From Lama guanicoe (taxonomy: Eukaryota): 64,000 bases of DNA. The position numbers and the translations under genes are program-made. The DNA lies in contig MU057347.1 of assembly GCA_013239625.1 (NCBI GenBank), forward strand, positions 7,206,720-7,270,719. The letters run 5' to 3'. This document shows, in pieces, positions 24,860 through 36,589 of the stretch (position 1 is the stretch's first letter; the number at the start of each line of letters is the position of its first letter). The notes below the pieces were generated by a model. It made no database searches. It saw only the letters and a program-made list of their open reading frames with translations, and was not told where the DNA came from.

Positions 24860-25050
24860 GGCTCCCAATTAAAATCAGAGTGTGGAAGGGAAGGGAATTT
24901 ATCTGCAAAACCACAAAGCCACAGAGAGGTCACTGAAAAAGCGTCTAAACTTGTTTACAAAAATATGCAATTATGTACTAACTGCTCAGTGATCATTGCA
25001 CTGAGCGCTTGTGTTTAATCTCCTCACTGTTAACCATTTAGAGGCACAAA
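24860..25050. promoter_or_regulatory. Candidate enhancer / CNE
   Basis: CAATTA, RUNX AACCACA, FOX TGTTTAC, POU-like ATGCAATT, TAATC and an 8-bp inverted repeat within 190 bp. Confidence 0.5.
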
Positions 25051-25704
25051 GGAAACTGGTCAGGGAGGAAAATGAGCAGGAGGCGGAGGACAAGGTCGTC
25101 AACTAAATTCTTGCCTCTCAGAATTGCTGATGGCATGATTGAGCCTCAGTCTTCTCCTCTGAAAAATGGGGACAGGAAGGCCCACTGCTCAGAAGACAGA
25201 GAGATCGCTTCTAAGCAGCGCCAGGCACGGAGCAGCCCGCAAACCCTAGCGATCCAGGTTCTAACGAGAATCACAAACTCCTCTCCATGAGCTGTTGGCC
25301 TCTCAGATGCTTTTACATCAAGACTCACAGGACCAAGTAAATATTCTTTGGACAAACTATAGGCTCATCTGTCTACCCAAGGCCCCCAATGGTCCAAGGG
25401 AAAAAGGTTCCCCAAAAAGAGGAATTTCAGAAAGAGTCCCTTCCAAAAGGATAGCTTTAGCTGACTCTGGGTCTGGCAGTGTCTCCTTCTTTAAAAAAGA
25501 AAAATAAATAACTTTCTCCTTAGATAAAGTTAATTAATTTTCTTTATTCTTATTTCCTGGCTACTCTTCTGGTTCTGTCTGTTTGGGGGGGGAGGGGCAG
25601 AGGTCCTTAGGAATTATCAACTCATAGACCAGGAAGGAGCAAGGAATAAAGCTTTTTTGAGTTTCTACTGTTTTTCAGGAATCATGATAATCACATCTTA
25701 GATC

Positions 25705-25990
25705 ATAGCTTCTATGCCTCAGTTTCCACATTTCTAAAGTGGGGAGAATGAAGCTAACTTTCTCATAGGGAAGTTATAAAGACTAAATGAGACCACGCCC
25801 CTAACACAGCACCTGACACCTAATAATCACTCAATCTATGTTTGCTGTCATTATTATCTGTAATTCTCACAACAGCAAAAATTATATGGAAGGGCTCAGA
25901 GAGGTTAAATAACTTGCCCAAGAACACACAGCTGGTAAACAGCAAAGATAGGATTCAAACTCAGGCAGCCAGAGCGCCACCACTGTATGC
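25705..25990. mobile_element. Two adjacent MIR fragments in opposite orientation
   Basis: + copy 'gcctcagtttccacatttctaaagtgggg'; - copy 'gctcagagaggttaaataacttgcccaag'. Confidence 0.75.
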
Positions 25991-28127
25991 TGCTTCCACT
26001 TGATAAGTGTGCACTGATCAGCTTTTATTACACTCCAGAGACCTGAGCCTAGGCAAGAGGTCTGGGAAAGGTGGCTTGGGGTTTTTTCACAGTGGATGAC
26101 CTAGAGCACACAAACACGGGCATGAGGGGATCAGAACCAGGGGGGTCTTAGGGATCATGTTTTACAAATGGAGAAAGGAAGTCCAAGGAGGAGCAGAGGT
26201 TTTCCAAAGCCAAATGGTAAATCTCAACTCAGACCTTGCTTTCCTTTCTTCCGAGTTCTTGCCTCTAAACCATGCCAGTGAGATCACTGTCACTCCACAG
26301 AGATTTGATAGACCTTGGGTCTCGAGCTCCCACACACTAGAGGAGTGATCTTGAGTGTCTTACCAATCCTCTCTGTACCTCGATTTTCCCATCTGTAGAG
26401 TGGGGATGAACAGTAAACGCACCAGGTTATAGTGAGAAATACCATAATATATGTAAAAGTGCCAGCAACATTCTAGGAGCTCCTTAAAGCTGAGTTAAAT
26501 CTGAGTTAGGTTTGCAGGGGGGTAGTTTTGTTTTATTTTCTTATCAGGTGACAGAAGCCCACTCCTTGCTGGATAACCACCTCAACATGACTGATTTTTG
26601 CCTTCAAATAGACACCTTCCCTTGGCAGGCAATTCACAGGCAGTCCACGGAGCAGGCTGGGCTGTGGCTTGCCTCCTCTTTGCCTTCCCTTTTTTCCAGC
26701 ATTTTCTCTTTCTTTCCTCCTTCCCTTTTTGCCGCCTCATTCTTCTCACAGGCAAAGACCTTTTCTCTCCAGGCCCACGGCATGGAGCCTGCACTTCCGA
26801 AGGAAGACAGCACTGAATAGATTTAGCAGGTTCTGATAAATGTCACGTTTATTTTGGTGCCAATGGAGTCACTGCATTTTAATGAAGACTCCACCCCGCC
26901 CCAGATGTTGGTCCTGATGAGAACACTGCATATTCCACTGCCATCTCACCAAGCAGGCTGGGTTTGGCCTGCCAGCTCCCTCCCTGGCTCAGGGATGCTG
27001 TTTCTAGGTACAGGCTTTGCGGCCAGGACCTCACAAGCCTCTTTTCCAACCTCAGTTTCCTCATCTGAAGATGATGTACACTAACGCCCCCCCAGCTGGG
27101 GGCTGGGAGCCTAGGAGATGTTCAGTGACTGTCTGCTGATGCCAACTGATTCCAATGATCCAGGCCCAGGGACGGGCCGGGAAAGGTTGGCTGGGAGAGC
27201 CGGCTGCATGGGAGGAGCTGAAATGGGTGGCTGAGCAGGCAATTTTCCCATGCCTGAGAGCAAGACTCACAGATTGGACCCCTTCTCCCAAAGGCCCCAC
27301 CCCGGAGGGGGCTGCTGGCCTGGGAGGGAGGAGGATCCTGGGAGACGCAGGGCCAGAAGCACTGACCTTCCTTTTATCCTCACCCAAAGCGAAGGGGGAA
27401 ATGACAAAGGACCCGTCCATCGACTACGTGGCTCCCCTCGTACCCCCTACCCTCCCACCCCACCCTCACGGTAGCCAACTTCAAACGCCTCTGGGCTGCA
27501 GACCTCTCTCAAGGTGATGGATTGGCGTTAGGTGGCAGCCCCTGGAGACGGGCTCCCACACACACTGTAAAATCAAACCTAGCCTTTCTCTGCATTTTGC
27601 TGAGCCTAAGTGTTTTCTGGGTTCCTACTGTCTCTGAGTTTTATGCTCCAGAAGCTTTTTTGTCATAATCATGAACCAAAGCCTGCATGAAAACACTTTG
27701 TGGTTGGAGGAAGAGGGAGGAAAGTGTGAGAGGGGCAGGAGATGTCAGAGGGAGACACTGGGGACCGGTGCCTGGCATCTCCAAAGGAAACCAGGTGTCC
27801 TGGTTTGGCTCCCTGTAAGCAGACCTGGAGACAAGGGTTCAAGGGCAACTAGTGTGTTCAGGGGAGGGTGAGGTGAGTCGGGGAAGGGAAGGAAGGCAGT
27901 GAAGGGTGCAAGGTGAAGAAAGTTACAGCAGCGAGAACTCGGGGAGCCAGTGCAGAACACACGTCTGTAAGTCATCCCACCTCAGGAACAATCTACCTTT
28001 GGTGGAGGGTCTTTCCTGGGACATCAACTCCACAGCACCTCAGACCCGACCTCAGGCAATCTGTAAAACAGCCTGGAGGGGTGGCCGGTACACCAGTTAT
28101 CACATTTGTCTTAGAAGTAAGATTCTT

Positions 28128-28959
28128 TGGCCATCATTAAAAAGTCCACAAATGATAAATGCTGAAGAGGGTGTAGAGAACAGGGAACCCTCCTACACTG
28201 TTGGTGGGAATGTAGTTTGGCGCAGCCATTATGGAAAACAGTACAGAGATTCCTCAAAAAACTAAAAATAGATTTCCCATATAAGCCAACAATCCCACTC
28301 CTGGGCATATATCGGGAGAAAACTCCAATTAAAAAGGATNNNNNNNNNNNNNNNNNNNNNNNNNNNNNNNNNNNNNNNNNNNNNNNNNNNNNNNNNNNNN
28401 NNNNNNNNNNNNNNNNNNNNNNNNNNNNNNNNNNNNNNNNNNNNNNNNNNNNNNNNNNNNNNNNNNNNNNNNNNNNNNNNNNNNNNNNNNNNNNNNNNNN
28501 NNNNNNNNNNNNNTGGAGATTGTCATTCTAGGTGAAGTAAGCCAGAAAGAGAAAGAAAAATATCACATTATATCACTTACATGTGGAATCTAAAAAAGAA
28601 AAAAAAGACGCAAATGAACATATTTTGTTCATTTGTGAACAAAACGGAAACAGACTCACAGGTATAGAAAATAAACTTATGGTTACCAGAGGGGACAGGG
28701 GTTGGGAAGGGGTAAACTGGGAGTTTAACATTTGCAGATACTAACTACTATATACAAAACAGATAAACAAGTTTCTACTGTACAGCACAGGCAACTACAT
28801 TCAATATCTTACAGTAACCTATAATGAAAAAGAATATGAACAGGAATCTATGTATGCATACGTATGACTAAAACATTATGCTGTGCTCCAGAAACTGACA
28901 CAACATTGTAAACTGACTATACTTCAATTTAAAAAAAGAATATAAACACACACAAAAAA
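28128..28959 (+). mobile_element. Young 5'-truncated L1, probably camelid-lineage
   Basis: ORF2 C-terminal remnant '[17 protein letters not shown]'; perfect 15-bp TSD AGAAGTAAGATTCTT (28113-28127, 28960-28974) at a TT|AGAA endonuclease-type site. Confidence 0.97.
28340..28513. other. N-run, 174 bp, inside L1
   Basis: Both flanks are colinear L1 ORF2 sequence. Confidence 1.
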
Positions 28960-30089
28960 AGAAGTAAGATTCTTAAGGGTCCGTGAGGCAAAGAGCTGGG
29001 TCCACTTGGTAGAGCCAGGCAGATGCTTTAAATGAAAGTTATTTACCTTCTAAGACCCAACTTGAACTGGCCTTTTCCCTGAAACTTTTCACAGCGGGCC
29101 TTATCCCAGCAGAAATGACCACTCCCATCATATTCCATGTCCACTTCAGTTAGGACGTTTGTCCACTGTGTCATACTATCCCTTACTCGTCTGTCTCCTC
29201 TGCTACACTGGGGGCCACGTGGAGAGTGGCCAGCATGCTGCAGGCATTTAGCAAATGCCTGTCCCCTGTCCTCCATCCAACCTTGTTTCACCAAAAACCA
29301 GCACTGTGCATGAGACAGGCAAACGCTTTATTGAATTGCACTGAACAACAAAGGGTAACTCTAGCAATAAAATTGCCCTCAGCATTCATACCAAGGGTAA
29401 AAAGAATTCATCTAGATCTTAGTGTATGAGGAAGAAAGAGGCAATAAATCAATGCAGAAAGAGCATTCCAGGGAGAGGTAACTGGCTGTGCAAAGGCCCA
29501 AGTGATTGTGTCTGTGCAAATGGGGAGACATGAGGAGTGAAGCTGGAGGTGAGCAGGGGCCAGACCAGGCAGGCTTCCAGGCTGAGGAACGGCAGTGCCA
29601 CAACCCACACAGAGAAGGACTTTTCCAAGGGCTTCAGCAGACCCAGATGAGTCTTTAGGACTTAGTGGGAGAGGATGCTTCTGGTCAGAACACAGTCACC
29701 AAAGTTCAGAAGAAAAGACACAGTGCTGGAATCCTGGGCAAATGACAAGACCAAAGCTGGACACTTCTGTGATCACTGACCACTGCAGGGGCACTAGGGT
29801 GGACAAACCTCCCAGAGTGACTCATTCTAGAAGGGGAGGGGGGAAATTCGAACCATTTCATGGCCACCCAGTGCTCAAAAAAGGAACCAAGGACTAATGA
29901 AACATAAGGATCAGTGAAATAGAATCTCTTAAAGGAGGAAGTCAGGCCTCAGCAGCAACCAGGGGAGGACTGTAACTCACAGAACATGAGGGCAAAGGGC
30001 CCAAATCAGCTTTGTTCCCAGATTCTAGATCTGTAAGTGGCAAAATCAAATCAGAAAGACAGGAAGAAACTAATTTTTTTTAAATGAAT

Positions 30090-30586
30090 ACATTCACTTC
30101 ATCTTACTGACAATTAGGTGACACATATTCATTGTAGAAGATTTGGAGTATACCCAAAACACACCAAAATAAATAGAAATCACATGTCATTCCACCAGTA
30201 GATTTTCTTCTGTTCTTTTTTTAATCCCTATATATAACACATAGATTTTCCCTAAAATTGGGGTTATAACCTGGACACAGTTTAATTGTCTTCTTCTGCC
30301 ATTTAACAATATATCACAAACATTTTACCCATGTCATTATCAATCTATAGCAACTTAATAGTTGCACAGTTTCCATCACATGGGCACTGTATTTGAATTG
30401 TTCAATCCCCTGTGGCTGGACATTTAGATTATTTCCAGTTTTCATTACTATCTCTGACAATGCAGAGAACATTCTTTTACAAACAACTATTTCTTAGGAT
30501 AAATTTCAGAAAGCAAAATTACTGGGTTATAATGTATGACTATTTCTAGGGCTTATGACATGCTTTGAAGTTGCCCTCCAGAAGAC
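30090..30586 (-). mobile_element. Ancient L1ME/L1MC-type 3' fragment
   Basis: 'tggacatttagattatttccagtttt', 'atttcttaggataaatt...aattactgggt', 'ttgccctccagaa'. Confidence 0.75.
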
Positions 30587-30616
30587 TCCTGCTCTCATGA
30601 AGCAGATAATCTAAAC

Positions 30617-30803
30617 CTGCGTTGTTCAATATGGCGGCCACTGGCCATATGTGACATTTAACTTAATTAAAATTAGACCCAGTTAAAAATTCAGTTCCCC
30701 AGTCTCACTAGCCACCTTTCAGGTGCTCAATAACCACATGTGCTAGTGGTTACCATCTATAGAACGTTTCTACCATTGCAGAAAGTTCCACTGGACAGCA
30801 CTG
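30617..30803 (-). mobile_element. MER3 hAT-Charlie MITE
   Basis: TIRs ctgcgttgttcaat / tggacagcactg; degenerate 8-bp TSD ATCTAAAC/CTCTACAC. Confidence 0.88.
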
Positions 30804-30809
30804 CTCTAC

Positions 30810-31400
30810 ACAATAGAGAGGACAAGAAGACAACCCACCATATAAACAAGTCAATTGTATGGTAGGTTAGAGGGTAATACAAGCCATAGAGAAAGATAAA
30901 GCAGAGCAGGGAGGGCTAGGGAACTCTGGGGTGGGGAAAGTTGGCTATTTGGAGAAGATAGTCGGGGAGGTGTCGCTGGTAAAGTGACATTTTAACTGCA
31001 ACCCAGGAAGAGAAGAAGCAAACCATGTGGATACCATCTGAGGGAAGATGCCTTCCGGGAAAAGGGAACAGTCAGTGCAAAGGCCCTGTGGTAAGAGTGT
31101 TCAAGGAAAAGCGAGGAGACTTCAGCTTTTACGCTGAGGTGGGGAACCACTGCAGGGTTTTTCACAGGAGGAAGATAGTATCTGACTGACATTTTGCTTG
31201 ATAAATTGAGGTTAGATTGTGGGCAGGGGAGATAGGGGGATAAGAGAGCAGAATCTGGGAGACCATCGAGGAGAGTAACGCAGGGATCCAGGGCAGAGAC
31301 ACTGGCGGCTGGAGCCCCAAGGGATGGAGGGGGTAAAAGTGATTGTGTTCTGGATACAGCTTGAAGCTGGAGCCCACAGGATTTGCAGGTACAGTTGGAA
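30810..31400 (-). mobile_element. LINE-2 fragment
   Basis: 'aaagggaacagtcagtgcaaaggccctg', 'ggatccagggcagaga', 'gagcccacaggatttgc'. Confidence 0.8.
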
Positions 31401-31659
31401 ACTATTCTAAACATTACAAAAAAAACAAAAAAGCACAAGGACGGTGTGTGTCACTGGTGAATCTGCAGAGGCAGCCTTTCTACCAAAGTCACCTTGGAGC
31501 CAAAATCTGAGGTCTGAGTAGGAGCTGATCTGGTGACGATTTTACAAGTTCCTTGTCCAGTCATCTACAGCCTCCTGACAACAGGAAGAGGGAAGGGAAG
31601 TGAGTTGGGGGCTGCTTCCTCCTGGGAAAAAGGAGCAACTTTGCTGCAAAGAGCTAGAA

Positions 31660-32480
31660 ACAGCTCAAAGAGCCACGTTGTGTTACGTACGTATCTGCAA
31701 CCCCAACAGCTTTGCTGTTATGGGCCTGTTTGTCATAGATCAGTTAGTGGGTAGATTGCTTCGGCTGGAAATGGAGATGCAGACAATGCCAGAGCGATAA
31801 TGGTGCCCGAACGCTGCCTGGCGCTAATCAGGACTCAGCAATGACTCTGCTGTGCCGACTGAAGTGCAAGCATTTGGAGTTATTACCCAAGACTTGTCTC
31901 TGCAATTAGATGATTGCATAACCTTAATATGATCAATCTTGCCGGATGTGAATTGTGCAGCTGTAACCACAAAATAAGGTGGCATGTCTGTTTTCTTGTT
32001 GAACGCAAACATTATATATGCGCAAGTCATAATTTTATAACGGTTCCTTGTGGCAAGAAAGAGCTTTGTCAGTCAGAAGATGCAGTTGAAAAATACGTGT
32101 GTGTGTGAAACACAAGTGCTTAAAGAGACAGTCACACTGTCAGGCTTCGCCTTGGGAACTAACTGGTGCTTTGTGGGTTTTGCTTCTCCTCCTTTTTCCT
32201 TCGTACACATCAATTTTGAGGGCAGGAAGTTGGGAAACTTGGAGCCCCTCTGGAGCCCTCCCGGGACAACACAGCTTGGCTCGCACACATGCGCCACTTT
32301 GAGAGTCCTAGGGAATCAGTTTGATATTCATCAGCAATTGCACGGCCCACCCCGTTCATCAAGCCTCATTGTTCGGTGGGGACGTGAGCTACGACTTCGG
32401 CTCTTCCGATTCGAGATCCTTGCAGAAATCCTAGCCCAGCCCCCGAGGCCCGGCTCGAGGGACTACAGGGACACAGCCCT
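31660..32480. promoter_or_regulatory. Strong candidate conserved non-coding element
   Basis: About 800 bp repeat-free and CpG-retaining; dense TAAT, TGATNNAT, ARE/MAF-like and RUNX motifs. Confidence 0.6.
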
Positions 32481-32864
32481 CAGATGCCCTCTCCCCCTCA
32501 CTGGCTCTGGGTACCTGGAAGGAGCTGTGACGGGTAAGGACACCAATGTCGGTGATCTCCAGGTATCTCCTCTGTCTGCTGCCCCGGCATTCAGGGACCT
32601 GGAGGCCAGCAGTTGTGGTTGGGGTCAGAGCTTACTCATGTGAAAAGAGGGAGGGACAGAGAGGAGACAGGGTGGGAGACAGGGCACAAAAAGATAGATT
32701 TAAGAACAAAGCACGATGACAGGATGTCAGGATATAAAACCTACTGGCCAACTGAGTGGATGCTCAAGATTTTGCGTGCGTGTGTTAGATTGAGAGAAGG
32801 GGAAATCAGACTGTTATATCTGATGGGGGCTGTGATTTCATGGCTGGAGTGGATGACAAAGCCA

Positions 32865-33292
32865 CGTGTCACAGGCTGAGTTCCCCCGGAGGCAGACACC
32901 AGAGGGACATTAGCATGCAGGAGGTTTATTAGCAAGGCCTCTTGGAGCCAATGCCCGCAGGGAAGGGAAGGGAGCTGGCGTGGGCAGTGGGAAAAACAAG
33001 ACGCCCTCAGCCCATCCCACGGAGAGCTCTGAAGCTGGGATGACCCTTCAGACACGTTTCAAGTTGGAGCAAAGCAGCCATACCTTTATCCCCTGCACTG
33101 ACCCATCAGTGGACGTGGGCGGCCCTGGGGAGGGACCATGACCTTGAATGAGGCAACTCTCCCCAGCCAGGGTAACTCCTGAAGAGGCTGACAGCGGAGA
33201 GCTATCAGCTGACGAGCTCCCCGGTAGTGAGGGGAATTGGTCCTGCAATCCTGAGTAGGGGGACTGGGCAGTGCGGCACAATGTCACCAATG
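32865..33292 (-). mobile_element. ERVL LTR, LTR40-like
   Basis: 'ggaggcagac...tagcatgcaggaggtttattag', 'gagctctgaagctgggatgacccttcaga', 'catgaccttgaatgaggca'. Confidence 0.75.
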
Positions 33293-33744
33293 CCGAGCAT
33301 TTAAGAACAGTAAGAACTAAAACTGAGTGGAAGGCAGAGATGGTCCTGAGGTGAGAAAGAACCAGGTATGGGCCAGGAGGCAGGTGTGAATGACGGATGA
33401 ACCAATGAGCTGCTGGTTTCCAAGACAGGGGCAAGGTCAGACTGGCTCTCTCGATTTCAAGTCCCGGTTTTCCCCAAACTACCACCTGTCTTAAACCTTT
33501 GCAAAATGGCCAAGCTGGGTGAAAGCAAAAGTGTAGAAGGCAGGTGCCTGAACAGGCGGGACCCCATCCAGCCAGCACAGTCATCTGACAGCTCTCGTGT
33601 GCAAAGCTCCGTGCTGTACACCGTATGTGTGCCCTTCCTACCAATCTTAAAACAGGCTTAGGAGTTAGAAACCTCAGAAAGGCCCACTGCGGTCAGAAGC
33701 GTGGTCGGGCTCCCCCATTACCAGCATATCCTCCACCTCCACCT

Positions 33745-34385
33745 CAGCCCACACCACTCTTCTGAGAGCCTGATCTACGCATCCATTCCCATGACGGACG
33801 CCTCTGCTTAGGCATCCACAGGACCCTCAAATTCACACATCCTAAACTGCCCTCATCTTCCACGTTCACACCTGGGCATCCTCTTCTGTTCTGCATTTCA
33901 GTAAATGCACAGCATCCATCCATTTGGACAGGGCAGGACACAGCATCTTTGACTCCCGGCCTTCCCTCATCCCTCCACATCCTACAAGTCCTATGGGTTC
34001 TACCCGCTTCACACGTCCAGGATCCACCCACCTCTCTCCATGTGCATCACTCCATCTTGCTTTAAAATTCCCTGAAATCCAGGAAGCAATTCTCCAAGTC
34101 AAATCTTCCCGTCCCCAAACGTACTTGCCGGCTCGAATACCTTCTCTTTGTCCTTCCAGAGGATCTTCCTAAAACGTGAACCTGATCACGACTCTCCTCT
34201 ACTTAAAACCCTTCTACGTCCGCCCCATTGCCTTCAGGATGACGTCTGCCCGCCTTCACACAGCAAAAGTTCTTCCTGCTCCACCTGTGGTTCCTATATC
34301 TCTCTGAGCCCTCATCTCTAGATGTTCCCTCTCTCTCTCTTTCTCTTGCCTGCACAAGCACACCTACACAGACATTTACACTCAC
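33745..34385 (+). mobile_element. LINE-2 fragment
   Basis: 'ctcaaattcacacatcctaaac', 'tcagtaaatg', 'catctttgactcc', 'cttcctaaaacgtgaacctgatca'. Confidence 0.8.
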
Positions 34386-34389
34386 CTTT

Positions 34390-34670
34390 GTGCCACCCAG
34401 TGCAGCACCCGTGAGTCACACACGGCAGTTGGGCACTTACGAATGTGCCTAATCCAACTTGAGATCTTCTGTACAATATGCACCTAGTATAAAAAAGAAA
34501 GAATGTAAACTGTCTCGCTAATAAGTTGGTACTGAGTCCATGTTCAAACGATCGTATTTTGATTAGTTAATATTAATTGGGGGGTCCATTAATTAGTTTC
34601 ACCTGTTTCTTTTTACTGTTTGAATGTGGCTGCTAGAAAAAGTGTTATTACACAAGTGACTGTGGTCCTG
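34390..34670 (+). mobile_element. MER33-like hAT-Charlie MITE
   Basis: 'aatgtgcctaatccaacttgagat', 'aaaaagaaagaatgtaaa', 'tttcacctgtttctttttact...aatgtggctgctagaaaa'. Confidence 0.75.
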
Positions 34671-35268
34671 TGCCCATCATCCGGAGCTGCTCTGGGCCCT
34701 TGTGGGAGGAAGTGCTCCTTCCCATCCCCCCAACACCTGGGCGTTTTTTCAGCTCAGGGGGCAGGGGGCAGGGGCAGGTCTTGAAGACTTTAACTGACCT
34801 AAAAAAAACAGATCATTTCAGAGCTTGGGCTTCCGCTTTTGTGCAGTTAAGAGGCAGCCACCAATAGGGCCTCCATTTTGGGGGTGCTGGCAAGCCCTGT
34901 GCAGGCTGAAATGTCAAAGACTGTCCCCCTTGTGGGCCAGAGAAGCTGGGCGGAGTGTGCTACAGTGAGGAAAACCAGCCAGTTCTGCCTCTAAGAATTA
35001 CGTATTTGGGTGAGTGAGTGTTACGTGAGCGTGGTTCAGGATTGCACGGGCTGGGTCGGGGAGAGGCTGCAGTTGCCTGAGCATCGAGAGCAGCTGATAC
35101 TGGGCTCCAGAGAGGATTAAAGAGGATGGCTCTTTCTCCGAGAGAGAGAAGGAAGAACAGACCTTGAGACAGGAGGGAAAAGGAGGCAAGGCTCAAAAAT
35201 CCCTGCAGGGTGACTTTTTTCATTGGTACTCTTTCTGGGATTCCCTGAATAGTCATAACTTGGAGGGG

Positions 35269-35685
35269 TTTTTTTTCTTTCTTTCTTTAATTGAAGTATA
35301 GTTGACTTACAATGTTGTATGAGTTTCTGGTGTACAGCGTAGTGATTCAGTTATACACATATATATATTCTTTTTCGTACTCTTTTTCATTATAGGTTAT
35401 TACAAGTTCTTGAATATAGTTCCCTGTGCTATACAGTAGGTCCTTGTTGTCTATTTTATATATAGTAGTTTGTATCTGCTAATTCCAAACTCCTAATTTA
35501 TTCCACCCCCGCTTTCCCTTTGGTAACCATAAGTTTGTTTTCTATGTCTGTGAGTCTGTTTCTGTTTCGTAAATAAATTCATTTGTGTTACTTTTTTAGA
35601 TTCCCCATATAAGTGATACCATATGATATTTGTCTTTCTCTGTCTAACTTCTTTCACTTACTATGATCATCTCTAGGTCCGTCCA
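35269..35685 (-). mobile_element. Artiodactyl-type L1 3' end
   Basis: T-tract then 'ttaattgaagtatagttgacttacaatgttg...atagttccctgtgctatacagtaggtcc...catctctaggtcc'. Confidence 0.95.
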
Positions 35686-36079
35686 GGGCAGAGTTTTGAA
35701 TATTTTCCCCTACATTGTCACTTCTGTCAGGTGCCATCTGCACTGCAGTAACGTGTACCACGTTCTAATGGCCTTGTGTGCTAGGGGTGAGGAGGTGGAG
35801 ACAGGGAAGGGAAGCACGTCTACCTGCCATGATGCTTCCAAGAAGCAGCCTCACTTCAATGGGGCCAGACCTCCCAGGACTCTGGGGATGAGCGGGGTGT
35901 TCCATGGGGGCACTAGGAACAGCCAGAGGAGCACTGGGCAGGATTCTGCCAATTGATGAGAGGCTCAGGAGCAGCCGGGAGACTAACACGTTTCCTCCAT
36001 CCACCCTGGAGGAAGATGCTCTCATCCCACTCTGCTGCCCCTTCTTCCTGGGCTATGTTTCCCACCCTGGCCACTGCCT

Positions 36080-36340
36080 CTCTCGTCTTCAGGACCGAGT
36101 TCAGGGATCACCTCTTCCAGGAAGTCTTCCCAGATGTCCTCAGTCTGGGCAACGTAATGCTTCTCAGTGTTCCCATAGTACCCATTTCTGACTCCATTGT
36201 CTGTCTGCTTGACTCATTCCTCAACAGTGGAGACCCTCTGGGCAGGAATTTGATGAGATTCACCTTGGTCATCCGAGTGCCTAGCTCCGGCTCTAACACA
36301 CCAGCTCTAGGTGCTTGGTGAACATTTGCTGAGTAAATGA
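36080..36340 (+). mobile_element. LINE-2 3' end
   Basis: 'tcacctcttccaggaagtcttccc...gagtgcctagc...tttgctgagtaaatga'. Confidence 0.7.
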
Positions 36341-36589
36341 GTAATACTAGACAGATCTTGGGTACAAGAGGAGCACCCTACACTTGCCCAGTCTTCAAGC
36401 CCCATTTGAGGTTCAGCACTCTTCTGGCTTCAAGCAACTTCCAGTCCCCAGCTCGATCATCTTCAGTTTCGAGAAATAACCCCTATTGCTGCCAGAGCTC
36501 TCGGGCAGGAGGGCAGAGGGGCGTACGTTTGGAGGCCCTCTGATGAGAGAGTTTTTCCTAATTCTCCCCTCCTTTAAACAAACTGGGAT

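Noticed and set aside
32050-33644. 197-aa (+) and 198-aa (-) ORFs
   Set aside because: Non-ATG starts and no recognisable domains; the second overlaps an ERVL LTR.
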